A DNA stretch of 64,000 nt, taken from the NCBI GenBank assembly GCA_965221695.1, contig OZ244905.1, positions 3,040,001 through 3,104,000 of the forward strand, written 5' to 3'. Source of the DNA: Gammaproteobacteria bacterium (GTDB lineage Bacteria; Pseudomonadota; Gammaproteobacteria; Eutrophobiales; Eutrophobiaceae). The notes beneath the pieces are model-generated. The model had not been told where the DNA came from and searched no databases. It was given only the letters and a program-made list of their open reading frames with translations. Below are positions 1-10,092 of the stretch, piece by piece. Numbering within the stretch: the first letter of the stretch is position 1; every line of letters starts with the position of its first letter. Both the position numbers and the translations under genes were made by a program.

Positions 1-1
1 A

Positions 2-166
2 TATCAGGGTAGAGAGCGGCATCATTTTATCGCGGTCGGACCGGATAAACGCGTCACGCGCTTCGATGGAACAGATCTTATCACTGCCAAACTGAGATCG
101 CGTAGCGATATCGAGCGAGTTTGCATCGTTGATACAGAAAAAGAACTTCGCCAATGCATATATTAG
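2..166 (+). CDS. 3' end of a gene truncated by the window edge, product unknown
   Basis: Frame open from base 2 to TAG at 164-166 (YQGRERHHFIAVG...ELRQCIY*), same strand as the downstream cluster. Confidence 0.45.
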   Translation, partial: YQGRERHHFIAVGPDKRVTRFDGTDLITAKLRSRSDIERVCIVDTEKELRQCIY

Positions 167-228
167 CCCGCATTTCTTCCCAAGTTACTTTTTACTACCG
201 GCGCATTGATCGCATCATTTGGCGCTAA

Positions 229-1410
229 ATGCGGACTACCGGGGAATTGGTTTTGCATATTGTTTTTTTCGCATGTCTGCTGGTATTCTGCGGCAGCTTG
301 TATGCAGACGAAAACGGACGATCAGACATGCAAGAACAGTACCCGGGCAGCGCCGCAGACCCCTGGCGCGAATTTCAGAGCGAGCGTAACAAGCATTTCT
401 TTGCCGGGCTCGCTTCTTATTACAATAGCGTGCGTTTCTATATTGTGGGAGAAGGTATTTTTCGCCAACTGGAACAGGACCACAGGGTTGTCCTGGAAAA
501 TGATGCGTGGCTTGCCGTGACCACACGCTTACAGGTTTTATTGGTGAAAAGTCCGAGTCTAAGCCTGAGTCTGAATGATCAGCAAGGCGCGCTCAAAAAT
601 CTAAAGGCGAATGTCGACACCGCGCGCATGCAGGTAATTCAGAAATCCGATCTGCGTAACGTTGCGCCTGAGCTGGATCAGCTTCGCTATTCACACCTGT
701 GGAAGCCACTATCCTGGTTGACCAAAGTCGTTGAAGCTTCTCTTGTAACAATCCATGCTTATACATTCAACCACTGGGGTTTGGCGATTGTGATATTCAG
801 TATACTGCTGAATCTAACGCTGTTTCCCATCCATAATATGGTCGCCCGAATGCAAGATGAGGTCGGTAGAAACCGAGCATTGCTTGAACCGAAATTGGTT
901 GAAATCAAAATGATGTATGACGGAGAGGAAGCGCACAATCGTGTAATAGCTGCCCATAAAGCAATCGGAGTTAGCCCCTTTTATTCGTTGAAGCCGTTGC
1001 TGGGCATTGTGGTTCAGGCGCCGATTTGGATTGCCGTTTTCAATGCGCTTGGAGAAATGCCGCAGTTGGCGGGTCAATCCTTTTTGTGGATCGATGATCT
1101 GGCATATCCAGATATAGTCGCGCAGCTACCCTTCAACATTCCGCTACTGGGCACGACTGTCCACCCGCTGCCCCTGGTAATGTTCGGGGTAACATGTCTG
1201 TCCGTCAGCGCGTTACGAAATGAACGAGGGTCAAAGATTGAATATGTTCGCCAAAAGCGCAACCTCTACGGGATGGCAGTCGTTTTTTTGATTCTCTTAT
1301 ATCCGTTTCCTGCTGCAATGACACTGTATTGGACACTGAACAACCTGATACAGTTTGTTTCTCAGCAGTTTGTGAGAAAATCAACGGAGGCAAGAATCAG
1401 TGCAGATTGA
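229..1410 (+). CDS. YidC/Oxa1-family membrane insertase-like protein (divergent paralog)
   Basis: HWGLAIVIFSILLNLTLFP, P.L.EIK..Y coiled region, QAPIWIAVF, SFLWIDDLAYPD, PAAMTLYWTLNN motifs; N-terminal signal-like segment. Confidence 0.8.
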   Translation: MRTTGELVLHIVFFACLLVFCGSLYADENGRSDMQEQYPGSAADPWREFQSERNKHFFAGLASYYNSVRFYIVGEGIFRQLEQDHRVVLENDAWLAVTTRLQVLLVKSPSLSLSLNDQQGALKNLKANVDTARMQVIQKSDLRNVAPELDQLRYSHLWKPLSWLTKVVEASLVTIHAYTFNHWGLAIVIFSILLNLTLFPIHNMVARMQDEVGRNRALLEPKLVEIKMMYDGEEAHNRVIAAHKAIGVSPFYSLKPLLGIVVQAPIWIAVFNALGEMPQLAGQSFLWIDDLAYPDIVAQLPFNIPLLGTTVHPLPLVMFGVTCLSVSALRNERGSKIEYVRQKRNLYGMAVVFLILLYPFPAAMTLYWTLNNLIQFVSQQFVRKSTEARISAD

Positions 1411-1954
1411 ACATTTAAGCATCCCGGATGTCATCGCGCTAAGCCCGAAGAAATATGCCGACCGGCGCGGTTTTTTTTCTGAAACGTATAACAAACAGGC
1501 GCTTGGCGCGGCAGGGATCGACGTCGACTTCGTACAGGACAACCATTCGCTGTCCAGGGAAAAGGGAACGGTGCGCGGGCTGCACTTTCAAACGCCGCCC
1601 TTTGCCCAGACCAAGTTAGTGCGGGTCACGCGCGGATCAGTGTTTGATGTCGCTGTCGACTTGCGTCGGAGTTCGCCAACATACGGCCTGCATGTAAGCA
1701 TAGTGCTTTCAGCTTCGGAATGGACCCAAGTCCTGGTTCCAATCGGTTTTGCGCACGGTTTTATGACGCTTGAACCTGACACCGAGGTGATATATAAGGT
1801 CACAAATTATTATGCGCCTGACCACGACAAGGGACTCCTGTGGAATGATCCGTCGCTAGGAATACAATGGCCAATTCCTGAAAATGAGGCCATTCTCTCG
1901 GAGAAGGATCAAAGACAACCGGAACTCGCCGAGCTCATAACGCCGTTTGCTTAG
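1400..1954 (+). CDS. rfbC: dTDP-4-dehydrorhamnose 3,5-epimerase
   Basis: DRRGFFSE, FVQDNHS, RGLHFQ, GFAHGF motifs. Confidence 0.96.
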   Translation: MQIEHLSIPDVIALSPKKYADRRGFFSETYNKQALGAAGIDVDFVQDNHSLSREKGTVRGLHFQTPPFAQTKLVRVTRGSVFDVAVDLRRSSPTYGLHVSIVLSASEWTQVLVPIGFAHGFMTLEPDTEVIYKVTNYYAPDHDKGLLWNDPSLGIQWPIPENEAILSEKDQRQPELAELITPFA

Positions 1955-2033
1955 CCCGATGCAAGCTCAGTGTTATTGAACTCCTGATGTTGCGTTCTTT
2001 GTCGGAAAATTTACGAAATATGATAAAGCTTCT

Positions 2034-3092
2034 ATGACTGTTCTTGTTACCGGAGGCGCCGGTTTTATCGGCGCGAATTTTATTATCGATTGGCTGCAGT
2101 CCCATGATGAAGTTGTGGTCAACGTTGACAAGCTTACTTATGCAGGCAACCCGCGCAACCTGGCTTCAGTGCAAGAGCATAGGAATTATGTCTTCGTGCA
2201 GGGAGATATAGGTGATTCTGTCTTAATCTCAAGGCTGCTGGTTGAACATAAGCCCCGCGCGCTAATCAACTTTGCCGCGGAATCCCATGTCGACCGTTCC
2301 ATTGCTTGTGCGGAAGCGTTTATTCAAACTAATATAGTGGGCGTATACAGGTTGCTGCATTGCGTTCTCAATCACTGGAGCGCGCTATCGGAAGCAGAAA
2401 AAAATCAGTTCCGCTTTTTGCACGTGTCCACCGACGAAGTTTATGGCTCATTGGACCAGGATGAGCCGGCTTTTACAGAAAATAACAGCTATAAACCCAA
2501 TAATCCCTACAGCGCCAGCAAGGCCGCCTCAGACCACTTTGTGCGCGCCTTCAATCATACTTACGGCATACCTGTGCTCACCACAAACTGCTCGAATAAC
2601 TATGGTCCTTTTCAGTTTCCTGAGAAATTGATCCCGTTATTTATCCATAATGCGCTGATGCAAAAATCGTTGCCGCTTTACGGTGACGGCTTGCAGGTGC
2701 GTGACTGGCTGTATGTGCGCGATCACTGCAGCGCCCTCAGGCAGGTTCTTGAAGAAGGCAAAGTGGGAGAGGTTTACAATATCGGCGGCGGCAATGAAAT
2801 CACCAACCTGGAGATTGCAAATATGCTTTGCGGTATTCTGGACGAAATACGCCCCAGGGCCGGCGGAGAATCTTACAAATCCCTGATCAGTCTGGTCAAG
2901 GACAGGCCGGGTCATGACCGGCGTTATGCTATGGACTCCTCCCGGATTCGGAGGGAACTAGGCTGGAAACCGTCGGAGACTGTTCAGTCGGGCATTCGCC
3001 GGACCCTATTATGGTATCTGGAAAATCAGGATTGGGTCGCAGCTACCACCGGCAACGAATATCAAAGCTGGATCAGGAAACAATACCGGTGA
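2034..3092 (+). CDS. rfbB: dTDP-glucose 4,6-dehydratase
   Basis: GGAGFIG, AAESHVDRS, HVSTDEVYG, YSASK, DRPGHDRRY. Confidence 0.97.
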   Translation: MTVLVTGGAGFIGANFIIDWLQSHDEVVVNVDKLTYAGNPRNLASVQEHRNYVFVQGDIGDSVLISRLLVEHKPRALINFAAESHVDRSIACAEAFIQTNIVGVYRLLHCVLNHWSALSEAEKNQFRFLHVSTDEVYGSLDQDEPAFTENNSYKPNNPYSASKAASDHFVRAFNHTYGIPVLTTNCSNNYGPFQFPEKLIPLFIHNALMQKSLPLYGDGLQVRDWLYVRDHCSALRQVLEEGKVGEVYNIGGGNEITNLEIANMLCGILDEIRPRAGGESYKSLISLVKDRPGHDRRYAMDSSRIRRELGWKPSETVQSGIRRTLLWYLENQDWVAATTGNEYQSWIRKQYR

Positions 3093-3991
3093 AGATATTG
3101 TTATTTGGTTCGAACGGGCAGGTGGGCTGGGAACTGCAACGCTCGCTAACCCCTCTAGGCCAATTAATCGCTTGCGACCGGCAGCTTGTAGACCTGGAAA
3201 ACCGGCGCGCAATAAGCGCAGCGATTCATGACCATGACCCGGATATAATCGTCAATGCTGCCGCTTATACAGCCGTTGACAAAGCCGAAACTGAACCGGA
3301 AAAAGCGCAAGCGATCAATGTAAAAGCCGTAGAACTACTGGCGGATGAGGCGAAACGCCGCAATTCATGGCTGCTTCACTATTCCACAGATTATGTTTTT
3401 GACGGCCGGAAGTCAGGCTTATATACCGAAACCGACCAACCTAATCCGCTTAATACCTATGGTCGGACTAAGCTGGAAGGGGAGATAGCGCTGCAAGAGA
3501 GCGGGTGCCGATACCTGATTTTCCGCACCAGTTGGGTGTATTCGGCGCGCGGCGCCAACTTCGTCACCACTATCATGCGACTTGCGGCGGAAAAAGATCG
3601 TCTCGATGTGGTGGTTGATCAGACAGGCGCGCCTACCAGCGCCGAATTTATCGCGGATGCCACCAGCGCTTGTTTATATCATATATTGAAAGAGGCTGAT
3701 TATGGGGAGCATCTTGCAGGCATATATCACCTGACTGCCTCCGGTTCAGCCAGTTGGTATAGCTTCGCCCGCTATTTACTTGATCAAAAGCTTGTTTTCA
3801 GCAATGACTCGCATTTGTGTTCAGAAAATATACACCCTGTTACAACCGCCCAATATCGATCATTGGCAAGGCGCCCGCTGAATTCGCGTCTTGATACACA
3901 GAAATTATCCGATACATTCAGTATTTACCCGCCGCCCTGGCAGTTTCATGCGCAAAGGTTGATTGCTGAACTCAGCAGGAGAGAAAGCTGA
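3089..3991 (+). CDS. rfbD: dTDP-4-dehydrorhamnose reductase
   Basis: [32 protein letters not shown]; GTG start overlapping the rfbB stop (GTGA). Confidence 0.96.
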   Translation: MKILLFGSNGQVGWELQRSLTPLGQLIACDRQLVDLENRRAISAAIHDHDPDIIVNAAAYTAVDKAETEPEKAQAINVKAVELLADEAKRRNSWLLHYSTDYVFDGRKSGLYTETDQPNPLNTYGRTKLEGEIALQESGCRYLIFRTSWVYSARGANFVTTIMRLAAEKDRLDVVVDQTGAPTSAEFIADATSACLYHILKEADYGEHLAGIYHLTASGSASWYSFARYLLDQKLVFSNDSHLCSENIHPVTTAQYRSLARRPLNSRLDTQKLSDTFSIYPPPWQFHAQRLIAELSRRES

Positions 3992-4887
3992 TGAGATACA
4001 AAGGCATCATCCTGGCCGGAGGAGCAGGCACGCGGCTTTATCCCGTGACAAGAGCAGTAAGCAAACAACTTCTACCCGTTTATGACAAACCGATGATTTA
4101 CTACCCGTTAAGCATACTGATGCTGGCTGGTATCAGGGACATCCTGGTCATTACCGCACCTGAGCAAAGCTCAGATTATTACCGCGTACTGGGTGATGGC
4201 AGCCAGTGGGGACTGGCATTAAATTACGCTGTGCAAGCAAAACCCGAAGGGCTGGCTCAGGCATTTCTGATTGGGAAAACATTTATCGGAAATGATTGTT
4301 GTGCCCTGGCCTTGGGCGACAATATTTTCCATGGACACGGGTTGACCGAGACACTTCGGCGAATTGTTCTTCGCTGTGAAGGGGCTACGATTTTTGCTTA
4401 TCGGGTACGCGACCCTGAACGTTATGGCGTTGTTACTTTTGATGAAAATAATCATGCGCTTTCCATTGAGGAGAAACCTGAACAGCCGCGTTCTGACTGG
4501 GCAGTGACAGGATTGTACTTCTACGATAATGATATTGTTGATATTGCCACATACATCAAACCAAGCCGTCGGGGCGAACTGGAAATTACTGATGTCAACG
4601 CTCGCTATCTTGAACGTGGCGATTTGAGCGTGGAATTACTGGGTCGAGGGTACGCGTGGTTTGATACCGGCACGCATGATAGTCTGGCGGAAGCCACAGG
4701 GTTCGTTCAAACTATAGAGAAACGGCAGAACCAACGTATCGCTATCCCCGAGGAAATTGCCTTCCTGAACGGCTGGATTAACCGTGAAGAATTGATTGTG
4801 ATGGGTCATCAACTTCAAAATAATGGTTATGGCGAGTACCTGTTACGGGTCGCTAATGAATACCCGCAACCGGAGCACACGCGTTGA
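3991..4887 (+). CDS. rfbA: glucose-1-phosphate thymidylyltransferase
   Basis: [45 protein letters not shown]. Confidence 0.97.
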   Translation: MRYKGIILAGGAGTRLYPVTRAVSKQLLPVYDKPMIYYPLSILMLAGIRDILVITAPEQSSDYYRVLGDGSQWGLALNYAVQAKPEGLAQAFLIGKTFIGNDCCALALGDNIFHGHGLTETLRRIVLRCEGATIFAYRVRDPERYGVVTFDENNHALSIEEKPEQPRSDWAVTGLYFYDNDIVDIATYIKPSRRGELEITDVNARYLERGDLSVELLGRGYAWFDTGTHDSLAEATGFVQTIEKRQNQRIAIPEEIAFLNGWINREELIVMGHQLQNNGYGEYLLRVANEYPQPEHTR

Positions 4888-4913
4888 CAAGAGAGAAGCG
4901 ACCGGAAACCTGA

Positions 4914-5810
4914 CTACCGGCTTTGCAGCTCTTCATAGTTCGGGGGGAATCGCTTATAACGGATATTGAGTAGTTGTTGGAGTGGTTCCGGGTCCAGCGT
5001 AAGCGCCTGGTTCATGCGTTCCAGACTCGCGTTACTGTATTGCATTCCCGTCAGCTTTTGCCATACGTAAAATAGCGCTCGGGCCAGACTTAACGGCAAA
5101 TAAAGAATGACAGGACGTTGCCCCAAGAACCTGAAAATTCTGCTCACCATCTCATGGTAAGTCAGCGTTTCATTGCCAGGCAGGTCGAAGAACCTGTTGT
5201 GCGTGCGCGCATCATTTGACACCGCAACCATGACCTGCGCTACGTCATCAGCATGGATTGGCTGGCGCAAACCTTTGCCCGGATAGACTACGGGAAAAAA
5301 CTTGTAACGTTTTGCGAATGCTGCGATGGCAGTAATATTGCGATCATGACCAGGGTCATAAATCAGGGTCGATCGAAAAACAGTCCATGGCGCCTTTCGG
5401 TCCTGGCAGAGTAACTCAACTTTTTTCTCCGCACGCGCTATGGCAAAGGCCGATTTTCGCTCCTTCGGATCAGGGCTTTGCGCTTTGAAAAAAAAAGCGG
5501 ATGAACTGAGGGCGATCAGTCGATTACCGCCGGTTATGCGCTTTAACAGGGCCGGCAAGGCTACCACAGGGATAAGCGAAAACAGCGTGGCAGAGGCGGG
5601 GATGCATATATTTTCTTCTGCGCGCACAGTGTGCCAGGAAAAACCGCCAGGCAAGATATAAGGGACCGGTTCCGTACGGCGGCTAAGGCATAATCCTTCG
5701 TAACCCATGACGGACAGGCGTTCAGCAAGATAACGACCTACCAGGCTGGTGGCGCCGAGAATAACTGCGTAAGGTTTTTGGCTTAGCATATTGTCAGCGT
5801 CTGAAGACAT
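4914..5810 (-). CDS. NAD-dependent epimerase/dehydratase-family (atypical SDR) protein
   Basis: GATSLVG glycine motif, R.TLIY, LRQPIHADDVA; start taken at the MSSD ATG. Confidence 0.8.
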   Translation of the reverse strand: MSSDADNMLSQKPYAVILGATSLVGRYLAERLSVMGYEGLCLSRRTEPVPYILPGGFSWHTVRAEENICIPASATLFSLIPVVALPALLKRITGGNRLIALSSSAFFFKAQSPDPKERKSAFAIARAEKKVELLCQDRKAPWTVFRSTLIYDPGHDRNITAIAAFAKRYKFFPVVYPGKGLRQPIHADDVAQVMVAVSNDARTHNRFFDLPGNETLTYHEMVSRIFRFLGQRPVILYLPLSLARALFYVWQKLTGMQYSNASLERMNQALTLDPEPLQQLLNIRYKRFPPNYEELQSR

Positions 5811-6738
5811 GTGTTCCTGTCCGGCCTTTGTGCGATCCATAGAGCATAGATAGAATTGCTTTTACCCCAAAACGAATCAGAATGCCCAGACTGACTGAGG
5901 CTACCAGGGGCAACCAGCGGATGCCATGAAAATGGATATGGAAGTAACGCAAAAAACCGCGTGTCTTGTGCCATTCCACTATTACCGGATTACTGCGGCT
6001 ACTGCTCGCATAATGAACTGATTTTATGTGTGGCGCGTAATACACGGGGATCCTGGCCTTATGCAGCCTGAAGCAGAGATCGAGATCGTCAACATGCAGA
6101 AAATAGCCCTCATCCATGCCATTTACCGCATGAAAAGTTGTGGCCGGCAGCATCATGCAAGCGCCGCTGATAGCAGGCACACGGGTTGTGTTTTCAGGCA
6201 GCGGATTATCATGCTGGTTAAGACGATAGCGATGCAATAAACGCGGCGCCAGTTTGTCAAACCGAAAGGTTTCAACCAGGGCAGTGCAAGGGGTGAGCAA
6301 AGCGCGGCGCGAGCCGCGTTGGTCGCTACCATCCGGATTGAGCACACGGCAGCCTAGCATCCAATTGTCGCCCAGCTTAATTGCTTCGGCTTGCAGGGCA
6401 GAAAGGGTATCGGGAGCAAGACAGCAATCCGGATTCAATAACACCAGATAACGACCGCTTGCCCGACCGGCGCCGATATTACATCCACGCGCGAAGCCAA
6501 CGTTACCGTGGCCGCTGACCAGTGTCAGCCGTGCTTCCCTGCTCGCAAGATGTTCGAGTTGCTTGGTAATTGTCTGCGGATTGCCATTATCCACCAGAAT
6601 CAGCTCAGCTAACACTTCATCAGCCGAAGCCAGCGCCGCCTCAATCGCTTGAAATAATACAGCCCCTGTCTGAAATGAGACCATAACCACGCTGATTCCA
6701 TCCGTCTGAAATCCATGCTCAGCCAATCCTGATCGCAT
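5794..6738 (-). CDS. glycosyltransferase family 2 (rhamnosyltransferase-like)
   Basis: VDNG, NVGFARGCN, LLNPD, ISGACM, DEGYFLHVDDLDLC. Confidence 0.9.
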   Translation of the reverse strand: MRSGLAEHGFQTDGISVVMVSFQTGAVLFQAIEAALASADEVLAELILVDNGNPQTITKQLEHLASREARLTLVSGHGNVGFARGCNIGAGRASGRYLVLLNPDCCLAPDTLSALQAEAIKLGDNWMLGCRVLNPDGSDQRGSRRALLTPCTALVETFRFDKLAPRLLHRYRLNQHDNPLPENTTRVPAISGACMMLPATTFHAVNGMDEGYFLHVDDLDLCFRLHKARIPVYYAPHIKSVHYASSSRSNPVIVEWHKTRGFLRYFHIHFHGIRWLPLVASVSLGILIRFGVKAILSMLYGSHKGRTGTHVFRR

Positions 6739-6900
6739 TATCAGCCACCTGATTGTAGTATGATACCGACATGTAACAGTATAACTTTAATTCTTCAAAA
6801 CCCTGATGATCAAGGCGTTGCATACCCCGGTTGCTTGTAACTGTTGGCACAGGGCACAGGTTGGTCAGCAAAATTTACACATACGGAAATTAACTAACTT

Positions 6901-8766
6901 ATGTTTCGTTCCCGAAAGCGCATAGCAATCATTTTGCACGATGTACTAATGATCCCGGTAGCATGGTACCTGGCCTACTGGTTGAGATTCAACCTGCATA
7001 CCATTCCTGGTGAATTTATGCAAACTGCTACCTTGTTGTTGCCGGTAATTATAGTCTGTCAATTGTCCGGTTACATCGTTTTCGGTCTATATCGTGGTAT
7101 CTGGCGTTTTGCCTCTTTGCCTGATTTTGTTCGTATAGGCAAGTCGATTTTTCTTGGAGTATTGATCACGACACTCCTGGTTTTTTTGACTACCAGGATG
7201 GAGGCGGTGCCCAGGTCCGTGATACCGCTTTATGCAATTTTATTATTTGTTCTTCTTGGCGGTAACAGGATTTTATATCGATATCTGAAAGACCATCGGG
7301 TTGAATTCAGTAGTGGCAAAAGAGTATTGGTTGTTGGCGCCGGTGAGGCTGCGGGAAGACTGTTGAGGGATATGTTAAGACACCGGCGGGCGCAATATAT
7401 GCCTGTGGGCATGGTTGACGATGACCCGGATAAAACAGGCCAGGAAATTCATGGGGTCCGCGTATTAGGCGCTTTCGATGAAATTCCTGAGATTGTAAAC
7501 AAATATGCTATTGATCTGGTTGTCATTGCCATACCGTCATTATCATCTGCAAGAATGCAAAGACTGGTTACAATCTGTGAAAGCGCCGATGTGAAATTTA
7601 AAACGCTTCCCAGACTTGAAGATCTGATTTCAGGCCAGGTTAGCGTGAATGCCATTCAGGCGGTTTCAATTGAGGACCTGCTGGGAAGAGAAAAAGTCGA
7701 ACTGGACCGGGATATGATACAAAGTGGATTATCGGGAAAAATTATCATGGTGACAGGCGGTGGGGGCTCAATCGGAACAGAACTCTGTAAACAAGTTGTG
7801 GACTTTGTCCCGGAAGCGCTGATAATTTATGAACGCAGTGAGTTTAATTTATATCGGATTCAACGGGAACTGATGGAAAAAAATCCACAAGTCAAACTCG
7901 TTCCGGTGTTAGGTGATGTTTGTGATCAGCGCGCAGTTGAAAATGTTATCAGCGTTTACCGGCCTGATATGATATTTCATGCTGCCTCCCATAAGCATGT
8001 TTCTTTTTTACAATCTCATCCCAGGGAAGCGGCAAAAAACAATATTCTTGGCGCCATGATTACTGCCAGGACGGCAAGCAAGTTTCATTGTGACACATTT
8101 GTTTTTATTTCCACCGATAAGGCAGTCGATCCTGCCAATATCCTTGGGTTAACAAAGCGCGCCGGAGAGATGTATTGTGAAAGCATGAATGCAGTTTCTA
8201 CTACCCGTTTCATCACAGTGAGATTCGGTAACGTGTTGGGTTCGGATGGCAGCGTAGTGCCGTTATTCAGGGAGCAAATACAGGCAGGAGGACCGGTAAC
8301 GGTAACCCATCCTGATATTACCCGATACTTCATGACCATAACTGAAGCATGCCAGTTGATTCTGCAGGCTAGTGTCGTGGAAGGGGAAAGAGGTATTTTC
8401 GTGCTGGATATGGGAGCGCCAGTCAGGATCAAATATCTGGCTGAACAGATGATCCGTTTATCGGGCAAAGAGCCCGGGGAGGATATTGAAATACAGTATA
8501 TCGGGTTACGCGCAGGTGAAAAACTTCAGGAAGCGCTCTTCTATGACAATGAGGAAAAGGAACAAACCCGGAATGCAAAAATACTGCGCGCAAGACATGC
8601 TCCATACGACTGGAACAGGGTTCGTCAATCAATTGATCGGCTGGAACATTCTCTTACCCACGCCGATGATAACGAGATAAGGGCGATTTTGGCTGCCCTG
8701 ATCTCGGATAACCATGATGAAACTGCCAACGTTCTTGCCGGGACAGTCCGCATGGTCGACGCTTAA
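6901..8766 (+). CDS. membrane-bound UDP-sugar 4,6-dehydratase (CapD/WbpM/PglF family)
   Basis: N-terminal TM helices, IEDLLGRE, GGGGSIG, ISTDKAV, VRFGNVLGS, GGPVTVTHP. Confidence 0.92.
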   Translation: MFRSRKRIAIILHDVLMIPVAWYLAYWLRFNLHTIPGEFMQTATLLLPVIIVCQLSGYIVFGLYRGIWRFASLPDFVRIGKSIFLGVLITTLLVFLTTRMEAVPRSVIPLYAILLFVLLGGNRILYRYLKDHRVEFSSGKRVLVVGAGEAAGRLLRDMLRHRRAQYMPVGMVDDDPDKTGQEIHGVRVLGAFDEIPEIVNKYAIDLVVIAIPSLSSARMQRLVTICESADVKFKTLPRLEDLISGQVSVNAIQAVSIEDLLGREKVELDRDMIQSGLSGKIIMVTGGGGSIGTELCKQVVDFVPEALIIYERSEFNLYRIQRELMEKNPQVKLVPVLGDVCDQRAVENVISVYRPDMIFHAASHKHVSFLQSHPREAAKNNILGAMITARTASKFHCDTFVFISTDKAVDPANILGLTKRAGEMYCESMNAVSTTRFITVRFGNVLGSDGSVVPLFREQIQAGGPVTVTHPDITRYFMTITEACQLILQASVVEGERGIFVLDMGAPVRIKYLAEQMIRLSGKEPGEDIEIQYIGLRAGEKLQEALFYDNEEKEQTRNAKILRARHAPYDWNRVRQSIDRLEHSLTHADDNEIRAILAALISDNHDETANVLAGTVRMVDA

Positions 8767-9656
8767 TGAAGATCAGTAAGGCAGTATTTCCGGTAGCGGG
8801 TTTGGGAACACGCACCCTGCCGGCCACAAAAGTTCTGGCCAAGGAGATGTTGCCATTGGTCGATAAGCCTATCATTCAATATGCAGTGGAAGAAGCTGTC
8901 GGCGCCGGCATCACAGAGCTGATTTTCGTCACCGCAACGAGTAAAAAAATCATTCAGGATCATTTTCTGTCGCATCCATCTCTGGAACAGGAGTTGGCGA
9001 ACAGGGGCAAACAGGCATTGCTGGAAAAGGTCAGGAATATTCTGCCGGCAGGCGTTATCTGCCACTTTGTGATACAGCGCGAGCCTTTGGGTTTGGGACA
9101 TGCCGTGTTGTGCGCTAAGCCACTGATCGGCGACGAACCCTTCGCGGCGCTCCTACCCGATGACCTGGTATATCACCCGGAAACCACCTGTCTGCAGCAG
9201 ATGATGGAGCTTTACCAAGACCGGAACGCAAGCGTGGTCGCGGTGGAAAACGTGGAGCGCGAGCAGGTCTCCCGCTACGGTATCGTGGAGACGGCCGCGG
9301 CGCCGGACGGCGCCGTAAGGATGAAGTCCATCGTGGAAAAACCCGCCCCGGACGACGCGCCTTCGACCCTGGCTGTGGTGGGGCGTTATATCTTCACCCC
9401 GGCGATTATGGCGTTGCTGGAAACTACGCATAAGGGCGCTGGCAACGAAATCCAGTTGACCGACGCCGTCGCGGCGCTGCTTGATGTTGAAGATGTGTAC
9501 CTGTGTGAATTCCGCGGCCGTCGTTACGACTGCGGCTCTATCCTGGGATACATGAAGGCGAACGTGGAATACGCGCTCAGGCACGAGACCATAGGCGCAG
9601 AGTTTTCTTCGTACCTGGATAAGCTGGAGCAATATCCAGGCCAGGAACGAAATTGA
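8766..9656 (+). CDS. galU: UTP-glucose-1-phosphate uridylyltransferase
   Basis: KAVFPVAGLGTR, KEMLPLVDKP, GLGHAV, EIQLTDA, YDCGS. Confidence 0.95.
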   Translation: MKISKAVFPVAGLGTRTLPATKVLAKEMLPLVDKPIIQYAVEEAVGAGITELIFVTATSKKIIQDHFLSHPSLEQELANRGKQALLEKVRNILPAGVICHFVIQREPLGLGHAVLCAKPLIGDEPFAALLPDDLVYHPETTCLQQMMELYQDRNASVVAVENVEREQVSRYGIVETAAAPDGAVRMKSIVEKPAPDDAPSTLAVVGRYIFTPAIMALLETTHKGAGNEIQLTDAVAALLDVEDVYLCEFRGRRYDCGSILGYMKANVEYALRHETIGAEFSSYLDKLEQYPGQERN

Positions 9657-9677
9657 ATCCCGTTCCGTTTCATGAAA

Positions 9678-9753
9678 TGGCTCCCCGGGACGGGCTCGAA
9701 CCGCCGACCTAGTGATTAACAGTCACCCGCTCTACCGACTGAGCTACCGGGGA
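9678..9753 (-). tRNA. tRNA-Asn(GTT)
   Basis: Reverse complement TCCCCGGTAGCTCAGTCGGTAGAGCG-GGTGA-CTGTTAA-TCACT...GGTTCGAGCC...GGGGAGCCA; cloverleaf with CCA end. Confidence 0.97.
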
Positions 9754-9773
9754 ATGTGGCAGGAATAACCGTG

Positions 9774-10010
9774 TCAGGTTATCGCATGCATGATCAAGCC
9801 CATAGTCATCGCCATGTTAACGCCCAGCATCCATTTCAGCGCACGGATGTCCGCCTTAATCTCAGCGATGTCTGTTCCAAGCTCAGCAATGTCGGCCTTA
9901 GTGGCGACCTGATCATGACCTAATATCGACATTGCAGCTTTTCTTGCTTTTATTTCCGGAACATCGGCGCTTAACAGCGCATCATACAATTCCGTGTTCA
10001 TCATACCCAT
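9774..10010 (-). CDS. small coiled-coil protein with C-terminal TM helix (DUF1640/CCDC90-like)
   Basis: ELYDAL...ATKADIAEL..DIAEIKADI..LKWMLG pattern; GAGAG Shine-Dalgarno-like sequence before the ATG. Confidence 0.7.
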   Translation of the reverse strand: MGMMNTELYDALLSADVPEIKARKAAMSILGHDQVATKADIAELGTDIAEIKADIRALKWMLGVNMAMTMGLIMHAIT

Positions 10011-10092
10011 GATGTCTCTCCTGATTTTCCGTAGTGATGTTTTCCTGATGTAAGGTTATGGGTTACCCCACATGCACATTATACACACAATA

